The notes under the pieces are model-generated. The model did not search any database and was not told where the DNA came from. It saw nothing but the letters and a program-made list of their open reading frames with translations. 64,000 nt of DNA from Octopus sinensis (lineage: Eukaryota), in NCBI RefSeq assembly GCF_006345805.1, contig NC_043003.1, positions 102,114,001 through 102,178,000 on the forward strand. Direction: 5' to 3'. Positions 26,001-37,974 of this stretch are shown here, piece by piece (the stretch's first letter is position 1; the number at the start of each line of letters is the position of its first letter). The position numbers were made by a program, and so were the translations under genes.

Positions 26001-29000
26001 TTCCAAATAAGAGATCTTTTATCTCATATAACTTAGAAAGCACAAAGTGACTGAACAATTTGTCGACAAGAGAAACTGACTGCCACACTTACATACAAGT
26101 GATTGCAGATATAAGCAAACATGCAAGCACATGTGCATACACACACGTTTTTATACACACACATACACACACTCACATACAGGCAGACAAATGACATATG
26201 TACATACACATGTCAGCCTTCTTCCAGTTTCTGTCTATCAAATCTGCTCACAAAGCTAGATTGGTCCAGGACTTTTGTAGTAGTAGATACTTATTTAAGG
26301 CGTGGTGCAGTGAAACTGAACTTAAGCTCATTTTATTGGGAAACAAACTTTGCAATCACAAAGCTACACCTATGCTTAGTATCTGTATATGTATACTAGC
26401 AGTATCGCTCGGCGTTGCTCGGGTTTGTAAGGGAAATAACTATATAAGCATTTTTAGAGAGTTATAGCCAAAAAATAGAAAAAAAAATGCATTAAAAATG
26501 GGAAAAAAATGATGGTAAATTTTTTTTTAAATCGTTGACTCATTGTCGACATTTTTAGAGAGTTACTTCCCTTATATAATAGCGAAAAAATGCATTAAAA
26601 TGGAAAAAAATTATGGTAAATTATTTTTAAAATCGTAGACTCATCATAGACACACTCTAATACCCAGAAGGGCTCGATATGAATCACGACTATAAGATAC
26701 CCGCTTTTGGTTACACTGCACTGCAAAATGTGGGAGTAGTTAGGAATCTAAATCGTAGGAGACAGACAGCACACAACCTCACTTTTATATATAAAGATAT
26801 GGCTATACTGTACTTGGATGGTGTGTGCATGTGCATGTTTAGTATGGGCTGTGTACATGTTATGTGGGTAATATGTTTGTATTAGATGACATTGCTCATC
26901 ACTTAGGGAAGGATCTGATCCCAAAACTGTGAATATGAGATATGATGTTTATCCTGAGAAAGCCTCATGAGAAAGATGGGTCACAAGGCAAAAACAACCA
27001 CACACATCTGTCTATGTGTGTGTGTTTATATAAAAGTAGTGGTAGTGGTGCACTTGTGAAATTATTTGACATAAACAGGGGAAGGGTCTCCTGAAAATCC
27101 TGAGAAGAATTTCTGGATAGAAGGACATCAGAGTACGTTTCCATCATCATTTGGTTGATCTTAGCACTGCAATTTACCAAAGCACTTGTCAATTAACTCA
27201 TGCTTGTTCTTGTACAGAGCTGTCCCTACAGCACAGTATCTATTTACTGCCAGACGTATTGAGTCAGTTATCTATTTAAAGTTAGGTGCATTGAGCCAAC
27301 ATAGTATCTGTTTACAATTGAATGTACTGAGCCAGTGTGTTTATGCTTTTCCCCACTGCTTAGAGCTGTGAGTTGTCCCTACAGCTTGGTACCTATTTAC
27401 TGCTAGATGCACTGAACCAACTATTTATAGTTAAATATAGTGTACCAGTGTTAGTTAAGTGTCTTTTTTATGTACACGTGATGATAGTGATAGATATGAA
27501 CATCAATCTGATACTTTATCAACTCAGTTACCCATTGTCAAACCTATCAACCACCATTTGGTGTAATTTTTCTTCCCATTTTGAGATGGAATATTGTTAC
27601 TTGTTTCAGTTACTAGAGAATTACCAGACCCATTTTTATCTATTTTGTATAGAGGATAAAACAAGGTTTGTCATGATTGCTTTTGGCATTTTACTCAACT
27701 TTTGCCTATGTTTTAGCAACTATTCAAAAGAAAAGCAAGACAAAATATGAATGACAGACCAAACCTAAAACACTGCCACCTGGCCCATGAATGCCTTTAG
27801 TCAAGTTCACTCTATTGCAGGTGTTTAAACCAGAGCCTTGGTCCCCTCTCTTGTCATGTTTTTGGTGTATATATATATTGAGAATGAGTGTTAGCTACGT
27901 CACCCTCACTAGTCTGAGGGTTTGAACAGCTCCCTCACTAGGGAACAGCCCCCTCACTACATCACCCTCACTAGGAGGGTCTGAATAGCTTATGAGTATA
28001 TTACTCTTTCTCTCTTCACTAACTTATTTAAAAAAATAAAAGGCTATGGGCTTTACTAACCTTTCTTGTCTTAAAGCATATTGGCAATTATAGGATTCTA
28101 CTTCTTGATAGGTGCCTTTTGTTAAGGAGCATCTTTGGTTATCGACAGTAAAGTAAACATGCTACATCAGGCATTAATGAGAAAGATAGTCAGCAAGAGA
28201 CTACCAGGTACATTTGTGTTGTCTATATCTGACATCCATAGGAGAAATCTGCAGTAAAATTAGAGCATAAGACCCTGGGGACAAATTTGCAGAAACCCTA
28301 GTGGATGTAGATTTGTGGGATTTAGACATCTATTGATGTTTAGGGGTTGGTGGTGATATTTGAGAAACAACCCAATCTAAATAACATTCATTGTTCTATT
28401 GTATTTTCCAGGTATGTTCTACCTGAGTGGTGAAGATCAAAGAGATAACCAGGAACCTTTCTATTTCTCTGATGATGATGATTTCGGTGAGTATATCAGT
28501 GGCTTTTGACCTTTTATCTTGTCTTCCATTCATTCCCCTGCTAACCCTTAATCACCCACCCACCTTTGTTGTTAGCTTCATTTACTTATCACACATCTTC
28601 CCTTCTATACTTTGTTTTTCTTGTCTCTTTTTCTACTCCCTCCACTTTTTCCACCTTCTCTGTGAGAGCACCATTTGAGTGATGGGCCTCACAGAGATAA
28701 TGTGGCCGATGCCGGTGTCACATAACTAGCACTTGTGCCAGTGGTATGTAAAAAGCACCCTTTGAGTGTTGGGCCACATGGAAGCAATGACAAGTGACCG
28801 AGACCCTTGGTGATATTCTGTGCTTGAGAAAACTCATCAAGCCAAGTGAAATTGTTGTCATGGCAGATACTAGTCTAACCTATGGACAACAGATGTTAAA
28901 TGATGATGATTTCACTTATATTTCATCACTAGTGTGCATGTGTGTGTATGCACGTTCATGTTCAGTCACTTGCTATACTTTTGTATATAACTAAATCAGT

Positions 29001-32000
29001 TTTCTATTTTTAGTAAACTATTTAAGTGACCAGTAATTTTCTTTCATTCTTAACCCTTTAGCATTTAAACTGGCCTTATCTGGCTCAAATATTCTATCCA
29101 TTTTATGTTCAAACTGGCCAGATCCAGCCTCTCACATCTATTTGGCAATGTCATTCTAAAACTAGAAAATAATCTCATCACTGAAATCTCAAAGCTATGA
29201 GACAATGCATGAGGAATTCAAAAGAATCTGCATTACATTTGACAGCGTAATCTGAATGCTAAAGGGTTAAACATTTGTATGTAATACCTCTCTTCTTTCT
29301 TTATCTTCCCTCCATTCACTTGTCTCTCTCTTGCTTACTCAAAGACAAAAGACAATTTTTTTTATAAAGACTTCCAAATGAAGGAGACTTTGTCAAATCT
29401 GAAGAATTATATTGCTTTAACCCTTTTCTTTTTCATATTTCTGTTGAATTATAACTGCTATGTTTCAACTAATTCTTAAAATAATGAAGAATTCAGTAAA
29501 ATAATGTTGTCATTATTAAGTTGGTGTTAGGAAAATAAAACCTTCCATTAAAATTTCATATTTAATTTAGATCTAGATTGCTTTAAAACAAAGAGTATCA
29601 TAGAACAAAGTAGTGTCTGAGTGGGGTTGATGTGAAAATATGTTTAAGTGGTGCCACAGAAGCTGTGTGCTCTTCTATAACTGATGTGGTCCATAATGTC
29701 ATCACACAAAAGCTGTCTTGTATGTCAGGCATGTTTACTAACAATAACTGTAGTTTGTAGAAATAGTTATTCTTAAAGATGGTTTGCTGTGAGGATATGT
29801 ATTAGTAGTATGTAGAATGACATAGTACACATGTGTGTGTGTGTGTGTGTGTGCATGCACACACACATTTTGGTATTTAGTGTTGCTTGTTTCTATTGTA
29901 GATAGAAATACACTGCACATACACAACCTATTCTATACACACATACACACATACGTGTGTATAAAGTTACCCGATTTTGTCCAGCCTGTCTTATTATTCA
30001 GACAAAATATGTTTAAAATTACTTTCATGTTAAATAATAAATAAAAGGAAATGAGGAAAGCTTCAACCAGTGCAAGAAAAAAGCTGAAAAACCTTTATAT
30101 ATTTCAGGCACAAAGGCCCATTTTCAAAAGGATACAAAGAAATGTCTACATAGATGGATACATTTGGATAGCTGAATGGGCAGTAATCCAATGTTAGTCT
30201 AGTGTTTGTGCTAACAGTAGCACTTTTCCAAATTATGGTGTTGTTGGTGTCATAGATGTTACACTGGAGATGGGGGTAGATTGGCAGTGGTGGTCTATAT
30301 CAATGTTGTTGATGGTGGTAAATGCCATGGGTAATCAGCAATGGTGTTGACTACATTGATGTTATTGGTATTGGTGGTAAATGTCATGGTAGTAGTAGGT
30401 GATGGTATTGTTGGTACATGCCCTTCTAGTTGTTGATAAAGTGGTGGCTGATAACAACAACACCAATAACACTCCTCATTGCAGCAGGCAATAATGGTGG
30501 CAGAAAACATGGTGTTGGTAGGCAACAATACCAATCACTGTTTTAGTGATGATGATGATGTTTGACATAGTTGCAGTGATGTAGGGGATGGTTGGTAATC
30601 TATAGGAGCTTTTGGTCCTACTCCAATTGGCTATTGATCTTAAGATTAAATCAGTAGATCAGTAAGGATTACTTGATACAAATATTTCTTATATTTCTCT
30701 AAACAGTTTGGAAGCATCTCTCTCTGATGGTATCACCACATTTCATGATGTGTTTGTGAAAGGAAGATGCGTTTGTAGTCAGGTATTCCTTCAGTTGGAT
30801 GTGGAATGGTCGGCTTTAGATGTGGAATGTAGTAGTCACTGTATTTGGAACACCATATCTGGCACACCATGTATGTTCTCAGACACTTGCTTGCATTATG
30901 GAAAGGACAGTTCACAGTGTGCAGGGCTGTTCTGCATTGTGATCAGGGACAGTCCTGAGTTGGTTAGCAGGATGTTGAGGCTGTCCCCATGGATGGCAAA
31001 GATGGTCTTCTCATTAAAGTGGGGAATCCTCAGGCAGCAATTCCCAGAGAGATTCTTTTTGTCATCTTTATTTGGCTTGCATCCTTGTAGGGTGTTTGTA
31101 ATAGATGCTGGATATTTGTTGATTCCATATGTCTTGAAGCATTGTTGGTAACTTTCCTTATTTCCCTTTTTGCTTATTATTCTACTTCTGTATAACAATG
31201 CTTCGAGTGAACTATTAACATGCTTCTTACTTCTTTAGGGTGTGATTTGAGGAAAATTTGTCTTGTATTTCCAGCAGGCCAGGTGAAACTCTGTAGATAC
31301 TCTCTCTTCATTGTCTTGTTGTCTCTCTGGCTCAGTCATCAAACAAGTTTTCAGGCAGCTGCAAGTTGTCTCCTTTTGTTTCAGTTGTTGTTTGGGGCCT
31401 TTACAAGCTCACTTTCATAACATGTGCAACAAGATAAAATATCAACACCGAGCCATGTTTTTATTTATCTAAACTTGAATGAAATATAAAGAAAATGAAA
31501 CAGTAAGAATGTAAATATTAAAATATGTGTAAACATGCCACACTGGTTCTTCTCTTTCCAGCTCTGGACTCCTCAACAGAAGTTACGGAACCTTCATACA
31601 TTCGTGGAAAAAAACGCATTGATCCAGATGCCATACATTCAGCATCAGTCCCTGTTAATGTCCCGCGGTTCAACCAAGAGATGTTTTGTTCATCAGCCTC
31701 AGACAAAGAAAATGTAAGAGATTATCTTGTTAGTTATTACTGTTGTTAGTGATTGATCGTTAGACTTGTTAAAGCATCAGACAAATTGCCTTGTGGTATT
31801 TACCTGTCGTTGATGTAATTAACTAAATCCACTTCCCTGAAAATTGTTGGCCTTCCTCAGTCATAGATCATTGTTTGACTCTTTATGTTGAGTTCAAATT
31901 CCACCAAGGTAAACTTTTATCCTTTCAGGGTTGATTAAATAAATTACGTAGTACTGAAGTCAATAGTATTAACTAATTCTCTTCCTCCTGAAATTGCTGG

Positions 32001-32851
32001 TCTTGTACCAAAATTTGAATCACTATCGTTGTTATTGTTATTGTTGTTGTTAAGGCAGTGAACTGGCAGAATCATTAGCACATGGAGCATTCCATTCATC
32101 TGTTCTGAGTTCAAAATTCCACCAAGATCAACTTTGCCTTTCCTCCTTTCAGGGTCAATGGAAAAAGTCCTTGTTGAGCACTGGGTTGATGGAATTGACT
32201 TACTCTCTCCCACAGAATTTCAGGCCTCGTGCCTATAATAGAAAGGATTATTATTGTTGTTGTTGTTGTTATTTCAAATGTTGGCACTAGGCCAATAATT
32301 TGACAGGGTTAGTTGATTACATTGACCCCAGTATTTGACTGGTACTTTTACTAACCCTGAAAGGATGCAAGGTAATGTTGAGCTTGGAATGTAAGATGTA
32401 ATGCTTCAAAGCATTTTGTCCAATGCTCTAACGACTCTTCTAGCTTAAATGGTACCTAGAAAGGACACAAAGCCACAAATTTTGGGTGAGAATGTATTCA
32501 ATATATCAACTTGATTGGTACTTATCTTAAGGATAAAAGCTAGTGTTAACCACTTGAGGGATTTAAGCACAGAACACACGTACATTATTAAATACCACAA
32601 AGTATTTGTCCAGTATACTACTGATTGTACTGATGTTGTACCATATGGCCTTTACAACAACAACTCTTAATTAAATCTTTTTTTTTTTTTTATTACAGTG
32701 TCCTTCACCTCATGACCCACAAGAAATTGCTGCCAGTATGAAGGCCTTGGCAGAAAGTCTACGGAAAGACGAAGGTTTCATTTTTGGCGATCTGCCTCGC
32801 CCACGGCTGAACACAGGTGATATTGCTATTACCAGGCCCACACATTTTTAG
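5122..32851 (+). CDS. AKT1S1: PRAS40 / proline-rich AKT1 substrate 1 homologue, 12 coding exons, 388 aa. join(5122..5203,11415..11488,15824..15964,17792..17894,20692..20794,21580..21657,21836..21903,24478..24533,25796..25877,28412..28486,31562..31713,32699..32851)
   Basis: Manual splicing: every intron is GT..AG with a pyrimidine tract, phases chain without stops, total 1167 nt ending in TAG. The C-terminus SASVPVNVP...[17 protein letters not shown]...[11 protein letters not shown] matches the hallmark PRAS40 motifs (human [33 protein letters not shown]). Confidence 0.93.
5941..6835. repeat. Long inverted repeat (~320-bp arms, ~255-bp spacer) in PRAS40 intron 1
   Basis: 5941-6263 is the reverse complement of 6520-6835; the outer ~120 bp are almost identical. 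Confidence 0.95.
7418..7620 (-). mobile_element. ~200-bp microsatellite-anchored repeat, family H1, with a hammerhead-like fold at 7510-7544; other copies 22378-22580(-) and ~60770-60920(+)
   Basis: Three highly similar copies, each abutting a (TA)n tract. Confidence 0.8.
11415..11488 (+). CDS. AKT1S1: PRAS40 coding exon 2 ([25 protein letters not shown])
   Basis: ttttgcag / GTAAGT; 74 nt, phase 1 to 0. Confidence 0.85.
13633..13923 (-). mobile_element. Non-autonomous Helitron, internally deleted copy
   Basis: Same termini; lacks ~110 bp present in the 26396 copy. Confidence 0.85.
15824..15964 (+). CDS. AKT1S1: PRAS40 coding exon 3 ([29 protein letters not shown]...GKNME)
   Basis: Long pyrimidine tract + cag, donor GTCAGT; 141 nt, phase 0 to 0; contains CxxC. 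Confidence 0.9.
16095..16335 (+). repeat. Pure polypyrimidine (CCT/CTC/TTC) low-complexity tract
   Basis: ~240 nt almost free of purines; similar tract at ~59878-60010. Confidence 0.9.
17792..17894 (+). CDS. AKT1S1: PRAS40 coding exon 4 ([34 protein letters not shown])
   Basis: ttattccag / GTAGGT; 103 nt, phase 0 to 1. Confidence 0.85.
18398..18629 (-). mobile_element. tRNA-derived SINE family B in PRAS40 intron 4, with 14-bp TSD
   Basis: Same consensus; TSD ATGCTAGTGTTTGT at 18382-18395 and 18635-18648. Confidence 0.9.
20692..20794 (+). CDS. AKT1S1: PRAS40 coding exon 5 ([34 protein letters not shown])
   Basis: ctctgcag / GTGAGT; 103 nt, phase 1 to 2. Confidence 0.9.
21294..21436 (+). repeat. 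29-bp minisatellite, ~5 copies, plus an outlying copy at 21533-21560
   Basis: Unit gaggtcaagagttgaaaggtcaccaatat. Confidence 0.85.
21580..21657 (+). CDS. AKT1S1: PRAS40 coding exon 6 ([26 protein letters not shown])
   Basis: cattacag / GTAAGT; 78 nt, phase 2 to 2. Confidence 0.9.
21836..21903 (+). CDS. AKT1S1: PRAS40 coding exon 7 ([23 protein letters not shown])
   Basis: ccttcag / GTAAGT; 68 nt, phase 2 to 1. Confidence 0.85.
23205..23380 (-). mobile_element. Microsatellite-anchored repeat family H2 with a variant hammerhead-like fold at 23294-23329; second copy ~49470-49640(+)
   Basis: CUUU-CUGUUGA-A-GAGU(AUAG)GCUC-GAAAC-GUA-AAAG. Confidence 0.6.
24478..24533 (+). CDS. AKT1S1: PRAS40 coding exon 8 ([19 protein letters not shown])
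   Basis: actttcag / GTATAG (weaker donor); 56 nt, supplies the phase 1 to 0 bridge needed between exons 7 and 9. Confidence 0.75.
25796..25877 (+). CDS. AKT1S1: PRAS40 coding exon 9 ([27 protein letters not shown])
   Basis: tttttcag / GTAAGT; 82 nt, phase 0 to 1. Confidence 0.85.
26396..26797 (-). mobile_element. Non-autonomous Helitron, same family
   Basis: Reverse complement of both termini of the 46845-47239 copy. Confidence 0.85.
28412..28486 (+). CDS. AKT1S1: PRAS40 coding exon 10 ([25 protein letters not shown])
   Basis: ttttccag / GTGAGT; 75 nt, phase 1 to 1; acidic segment. Confidence 0.85.
29050..29270. mobile_element. piggyBac-like MITE (TTAA-CCCTTTAGCATT ... AATGCTAAAGGG-TTAA)
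   Basis: 12-bp TIR with TTAA at both ends; other copies 9895-10277 and ~41430-41650. Confidence 0.8.
30620..31430 (-). mobile_element. Degenerate Penelope-like element (GIY-YIG endonuclease region) in PRAS40 intron 10
   Basis: Minus-strand frames give [15 protein letters not shown] and [25 protein letters not shown], resembling the PLE VVYQI.C..C...YIG...R.LH.R.KEH motif; family call from memory, boundaries approximate. Confidence 0.6.
31562..31713 (+). CDS. AKT1S1: PRAS40 coding exon 11 (ALDSSTEV...[26 protein letters not shown])
   Basis: tctttccag / GTAAGA; 152 nt; SVPVNVP corresponds to human SLPVSVP. Confidence 0.92.
32699..32851 (+). CDS. AKT1S1: PRAS40 last coding exon ([50 protein letters not shown])
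   Basis: T-tract + tattacag acceptor; Akt consensus RxRxxT (RPRLNT, T377); TAG at 32849-32851. Confidence 0.95.
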   Translation, partial: CPSPHDPQEIAASMKALAESLRKDEGFIFGDLPRPRLNTGDIAITRPTHF

Positions 32852-32878
32852 TAGCATTTGGATTTAAATTATATAAAA

Positions 32879-32884
32879 AATAAA
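32879..32884 (+). promoter_or_regulatory. candidate polyadenylation signal AATAAA
   Basis: First AATAAA after the stop, but it sits in A-rich sequence where such hexamers arise by chance. Confidence 0.3.
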
Positions 32885-33709
32885 GAAAAGACAAAAAAAA
32901 TCCCAGTTAATAAAAAAAAAAAGCTATAAAAAATTGTTACAGTTCCCACCACCATCCACCACCCCCACTATCTGCAACAGCAACAAAAGTTACCATAGCA
33001 ACAACACCAATATAAACTGTTTATGTTAAACAACACTCCTCCCCACTCCTAGACCCAATCCCCCTTCCCTATTATCCTTCACTTTCTCACTTGAAATAAT
33101 TGCTGAAGACAATTTTTTTTGTTTTTATTTTTTTTAAATACATTTTTTTTTCTGAAAGTGTTTACCTCTATACCAACGATTTTATGATGAAGATGATGAT
33201 GATGGAAGAAAGACAAAAATAAAAAAAAAAAATACTGACAAAGTTATAAAAATTGTTGAGTTTTTGTTTTATTTTTGTGTGTGTGTGTTTATTGTATGTA
33301 TATGAATATGTGTGGTTATGTAATTATGTATATGTATATATTTTCTGATTTTGGGTTATGGCATGATTTAAAGAACTGCATAGGTGTAAGTGTCATCATG
33401 TATACATGTGTGGGTTTTCAGTTAGTGATTTCTGGGTTTTTGTATAGATTAACCTGTACCTTAAGGGCACACCCCGACACCTCACCTCCACCTTTCTCTC
33501 TTTCCTGCTGGGGTACCTGTGTATCTCCTCTGCTGCAAGACATCTTTTCCTGTCCCACTTCCATACTTTAGCCTCTCAACACATAGCACAAAGCTACGGC
33601 CCTCAATACTACATCCCCACTTATTAGAGGGATTTTGTTTTGCAAGTTTCTTGGTGACCTTGCTAGTGTCATGTCCTTGAAAAAAAGCACTCTGTAAAGT
33701 AGTTGGTGT

Positions 33710-33960
33710 GGAGGTACGTGGCTTAGTGGTTAGGGTGTTATGATCGTAAGATTGTGGTTTTGATTCCTGGACTGGGTGACATGTTGTGTTCTTGAGTAAA
33801 ACACTTCATTTCACATTGCTCCAGTTCACTCAGCTGGCAAAAATGAGTAACGCTGCGATGGGCTGGTGTCCCGTCCAGCTGGGGTACACATACGCCATTG
33901 AAACCTGGAAACCGGGCCCATGAGCCAGGCTAGGCTTTAAAAGGGTGCATTTATTTTTTT
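33710..33960 (+). mobile_element. tRNA-derived SINE family C
   Basis: A-box tggcttagtggtta, B-box-like gattcctgg, core ttcatttcacattgctccagttcactcagctg; related fragment ~10675-10800. Confidence 0.7.
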
Positions 33961-34439
33961 TTTGTTAAGTAGTTGGTATTAGTAAGGGACTGTAGAAACC
34001 TTGCCAAAGCAGACATTGGAAGTTGCTGCAGTCTTCTGGTTAATTAGATTTTGTGGAACCAGCCAACTCATTCCAGCATGGAATATGGATGTTAAATGAT
34101 GATGATGAAGGGGTGTGTGTGCTTTAGAGATGTTGATACAAATAAATTTGACAATAACAGTAAGAAAGCAAAGCAAGAAAGTGAACAGTTGCTGTGACCA
34201 AAGTAAATACAAAGAAGTGAGAGAATAAAATAAAAGTAATTTTTCAGCATGTTCTTAATACATACCAGTTAATTTTAATGACCACTTTTCCATGCTCGCA
34301 GGGGTCAGACAAAATTTGTTGCTGCAACTACCTTCATCTGATTGCAAAGCAAAGTAATATTCCCCTTGGCTGGATGTGTTTTTAAGGAAGATTGCAAAAG
34401 AAAGACACTGTTTGTATGATGGTAATGTAGTTTGGCTGT

Positions 34440-35000
34440 AGTACAATTGATGGTCTTATCATAATATAATTGCAAAAGGAATTTTTAGCTGAGAATAAAC
34501 CTCTCCACCTAGCATTTGTTGATCTGGAGATGACCTTTGATAGGGTACCATGATCTGTAGTAAAAAAACTAGAGGACAAGCTTATGAGAGCAGTATAAGC
34601 TAAGTGCAGAGATGTTGTCAGTGAGATGAAAGTTAGCAATGTATTCCTCAAGGCTTCATTATCAGCATCACACTCCTATTTATTGTAGTCTTCGAAGCCC
34701 TAATAGAAGTGTTTCAAGACTGGTTTCCTATGCGAAATCTTATTTGCTGATAACTTAGCACTTTTAGGGCCTGTAAAAAACTCAGAAGAAATCCAATGTG
34801 GAGACAAAACCTAAAATCGTGATGTCTCAGCATAAACTTAGCAAAGATTAGAGTTTTAGTAAGTAGGGAAGATGATTCTCCATCAGGGAAATGATCATGC
34901 TCAGTATGAAAAGAAGGAGTAGCTAAGAACTCCAGACATTGTACAAGATGTGAACAATGGAGAAAGGTGGGACAGCAAGCTGTTTAATGTACAAAAGGAG
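34440..35000 (+). mobile_element. RTE-clade LINE fragment (RT)
   Basis: STIDGLII...LQKEFLAENKPLHLAFVDLEMTFDRVP; many indels. Confidence 0.7.
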
Positions 35001-35329
35001 TACTAAATTGTTGGAAGAATTTGCCATGTCTGTTTCTTTCCTGTCTTTGATGATAGAGAAAATATCTTTTAAAAGTAAATACAATTTATAGAATGAAATT
35101 ATAGCTTTTTCCTATATGCCTGTCTGTCAAAATATTTAACCCACAGTTGTTAGTCTGACAAAATATATTCTAATTAAATACTTTTATTAACTTTCAGACT
35201 ATCTTTAAGTGTTTTGTTTTAAGTGATCAGACAGCTTCCTTTTGAACTTGTCACCCCAGGGAATGTCTGTCTGTCTGTCTGTCTGTCTGTTAGATAAAGC
35301 AACTAAGGATAAGAAGACAGGAAGGTCCC

Positions 35330-36535
35330 TGGTCCAACAGGAATTAATGCTAAAATGCTTACATTATCTGGTAGAGTGAGATATGGACTAGTCACCCATA
35401 TAGTTAATCAGATAGTACAGGAAGGTGTCATATTCAGTAACTGATGTAGCATAAAGGAAATACTTTAAAGAAAATTATTAGAAGTATCAGATTTCTGGAC
35501 CAGGTCATGAAAGTTACAGAAAGGGTTATGGTTCAATTAATTAGGAAGCTTGCCTAGATAAGATGTAGTTTGATTTTTATCAGAGAGAAGCACCGAATTT
35601 ACTGTGCATGTAAGAGCTCACCAGAACTTGTTTCTCGGTTCCCTTCTATTTGTAACAGTCATCCAGACCATAACAGAGTTTAAGAAAGCTTTCCTGTAGG
35701 AACTCTCTACCGATGACTTTGTTCTTATAGTTGGAAATGTAGTAGCATTAGAAAAGAAATTCCATGAGTAGAAGCAAAAACTGGAATCAGAGGACCTTAA
35801 AGCTAACCTAGCAAAAATCAAAGTTCTAATAAGAAGAAAACAAGCTACTTATCCCTTCAGGAAAATGACCCTGTTCAATATGTAGAAAAGGTGTGGGCAG
35901 AATGGAATCACAAGAAGGTTAACAGAGAAAGTAGACCACATGTAATTCATACACAGGAGCATTATCCTATAACAATACCAAGGAAATAAATTTTCTTTAA
36001 TGCCCAGAAAGATCCTTAGAGGTAGTAGATAGTGTCTGTTATTTAGGTGACCTAATTAGCTGGGGAGGAGGATGCTCTGAAAGCATAGTTGCTAGAAGAA
36101 CCGACTGGAGAAAGTTCAGAAAGCTATTTTCTCTGTTGGTACCAAAAGGCCCCTCTCAGAGTGAAAGTGTATGATGCTTGTGTACAAACAGCAATGCTAC
36201 ATTGAAGTGAAGCATGAGTTGTGAAAGCAAGAAAGAAATGATGCTAGCATACTCCACTAGATATGCAATGTTAGTGTGCATATGTGACAAAGTGCAGATG
36301 TGTCAAGAGGAAAATTGGGTATATGAGGCGTGAGAGGAGACTGCACTTGTTAGTGTGGTCATGTGATGCATATGGATGAATACAGCTGCATAAGGAAGTG
36401 CTGACTGGAATCTGGAAAGAGGAAGACCCAGGTAGACATGGGCTGGAGTAATGGAAAAAATTACCATGGGACATTGAGCTTCATGGAGGAGGCAACGAAG
36501 GACTGAGACAACTGGTGCTGTGCTTCTGAAGACAT
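35330..36535 (+). mobile_element. RTE-clade LINE fragment (RT to 3' end), heavily decayed
   Basis: Remnants of GK.PGP.GI, LAGE...ES.VAR...WRKF, .KVYDACVQ.AML. Confidence 0.6.
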
Positions 36536-37974
36536 CCATTTATGGTCTGTACCCTTGCACCAATCTATCTCTGATGAATCTCTTTGTAATAACTCATTTT
36601 TTTTACACCCTCCTCTCCATCATTCTTCCGACTATGGTTACTATTGCCTCAGCTGCTGTAATTGTTTGATAGCAGAACGAAATGTATTTCATCTCAGCTT
36701 CCTTTTTGTGTTAACATTTACCCTCACTGGAACTATTTCCTTTGTATCCTGCATTCTCAGTATCATCCCTTCATCACCTTATTTTCCACTTAACACCCCT
36801 TTCACTTCACCCTTTTCCTTGTATGTCTTCATCTCATTCCCGGTACTGTGCATCTCTCTAGCACACCCTCCCCTCAACACACCACATCATCCGTGTTACC
36901 ACCTGTTCCTCTCTGAGCCACTCCTACAACTGATATTCACCAGTGATCATACTTTACCTGTAACTATTCACTGCATTCACCTCTACCCCCATCTCTATTC
37001 ATTGGCTACTCTCTTTTTACCCCTCCACGAACATACCTGACCATTCACCCTATCCAATCTTTTGGGTCATTTACCATATTCCTTTTCTTGTTTTCTTTTA
37101 CTTGTTTCAGCCATTTGATTGTGGCCATGCTGGAGCACTGCCTTAAAGGGTTTTAGTTGAAGAAATCGACCCCAGGACTTATTATTTGTAAGCCTAGTAC
37201 TTATTCTATTGGTCACTTTTCCAAACCGCTAAGTTACGGGGATATAAACACACCAGCATCGGTTGTCAAGCAATGGTGGGTGGGAGACAAACACAGACAC
37301 ACTCACACACACACATACACACACATAAATATATACTCGCACACACACACACACATATACGACAGTCTTCTTTCAGTTTCTGTCTACCAAATCCATTCAC
37401 AAGGCTTTGGTCAGCCTGAGGCTAAAGTATAGTTATCTTCCTGTAATTTGAGATATGCTCTGATGCCATCTTCTCTCCTCTTCCAACTGGGATAGCCATT
37501 TATTTCTCTACAGCAGAACTCTTGTTTCTTTCCCTCTCAATACCACACATTACATTCAGTGCTGCATTTTGCATGCCCGGTTAATTCATTCCAGCTTGAC
37601 CAAGATTTGTGCACCTCAGCAAATGTACTATTTGCTGTTCAAATATACAAGGTCAGCTACTCATACAGGACTGAACAATCGGTTCAGTATTCATCGCTGA
37701 TGAAGCTTAATGATGCAGAAACGTAAGCCCTACAACCTGATCACGTCATTCGTAGTCCAATGATGCATTTTCACAAATGTTGTCTATGAGAGGAATTTTC
37801 TTTCAAGACTATTTTCTACAGGGAACAGTCTATCCATGTCCAAGTGTACATGAATGTGTTAAATGTGATTGTACACATATATCTCCCACTTTAGTTGCCA
37901 TGTTTCTGTTGAAATATGCTGCCTTTGTTTCATTTAATTTTGAAACAGTAAATAATTTAGTTCTGGAGCAGAAA

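Noticed and set aside
30708-31151. 147-aa plus-strand ORF preceded by an acceptor-like taaacag in PRAS40 intron 10
   Set aside because: It is the antisense frame of the Penelope-like relic, ends in a stop, and exons 10 and 11 already join in phase.
33710-33780. tRNA-like sequences (also ~43351, ~49187, ~58820)
   Set aside because: A/B-box heads of SINEs that run into SINE cores and tails; no complete cloverleaf.
37697-37725. CUGAUGA...GAAAC-GUA, perfect hammerhead core segments
   Set aside because: Stem II has no closing pair before GAAA and the flanks do not form stem I. At best a decayed copy, so not called.
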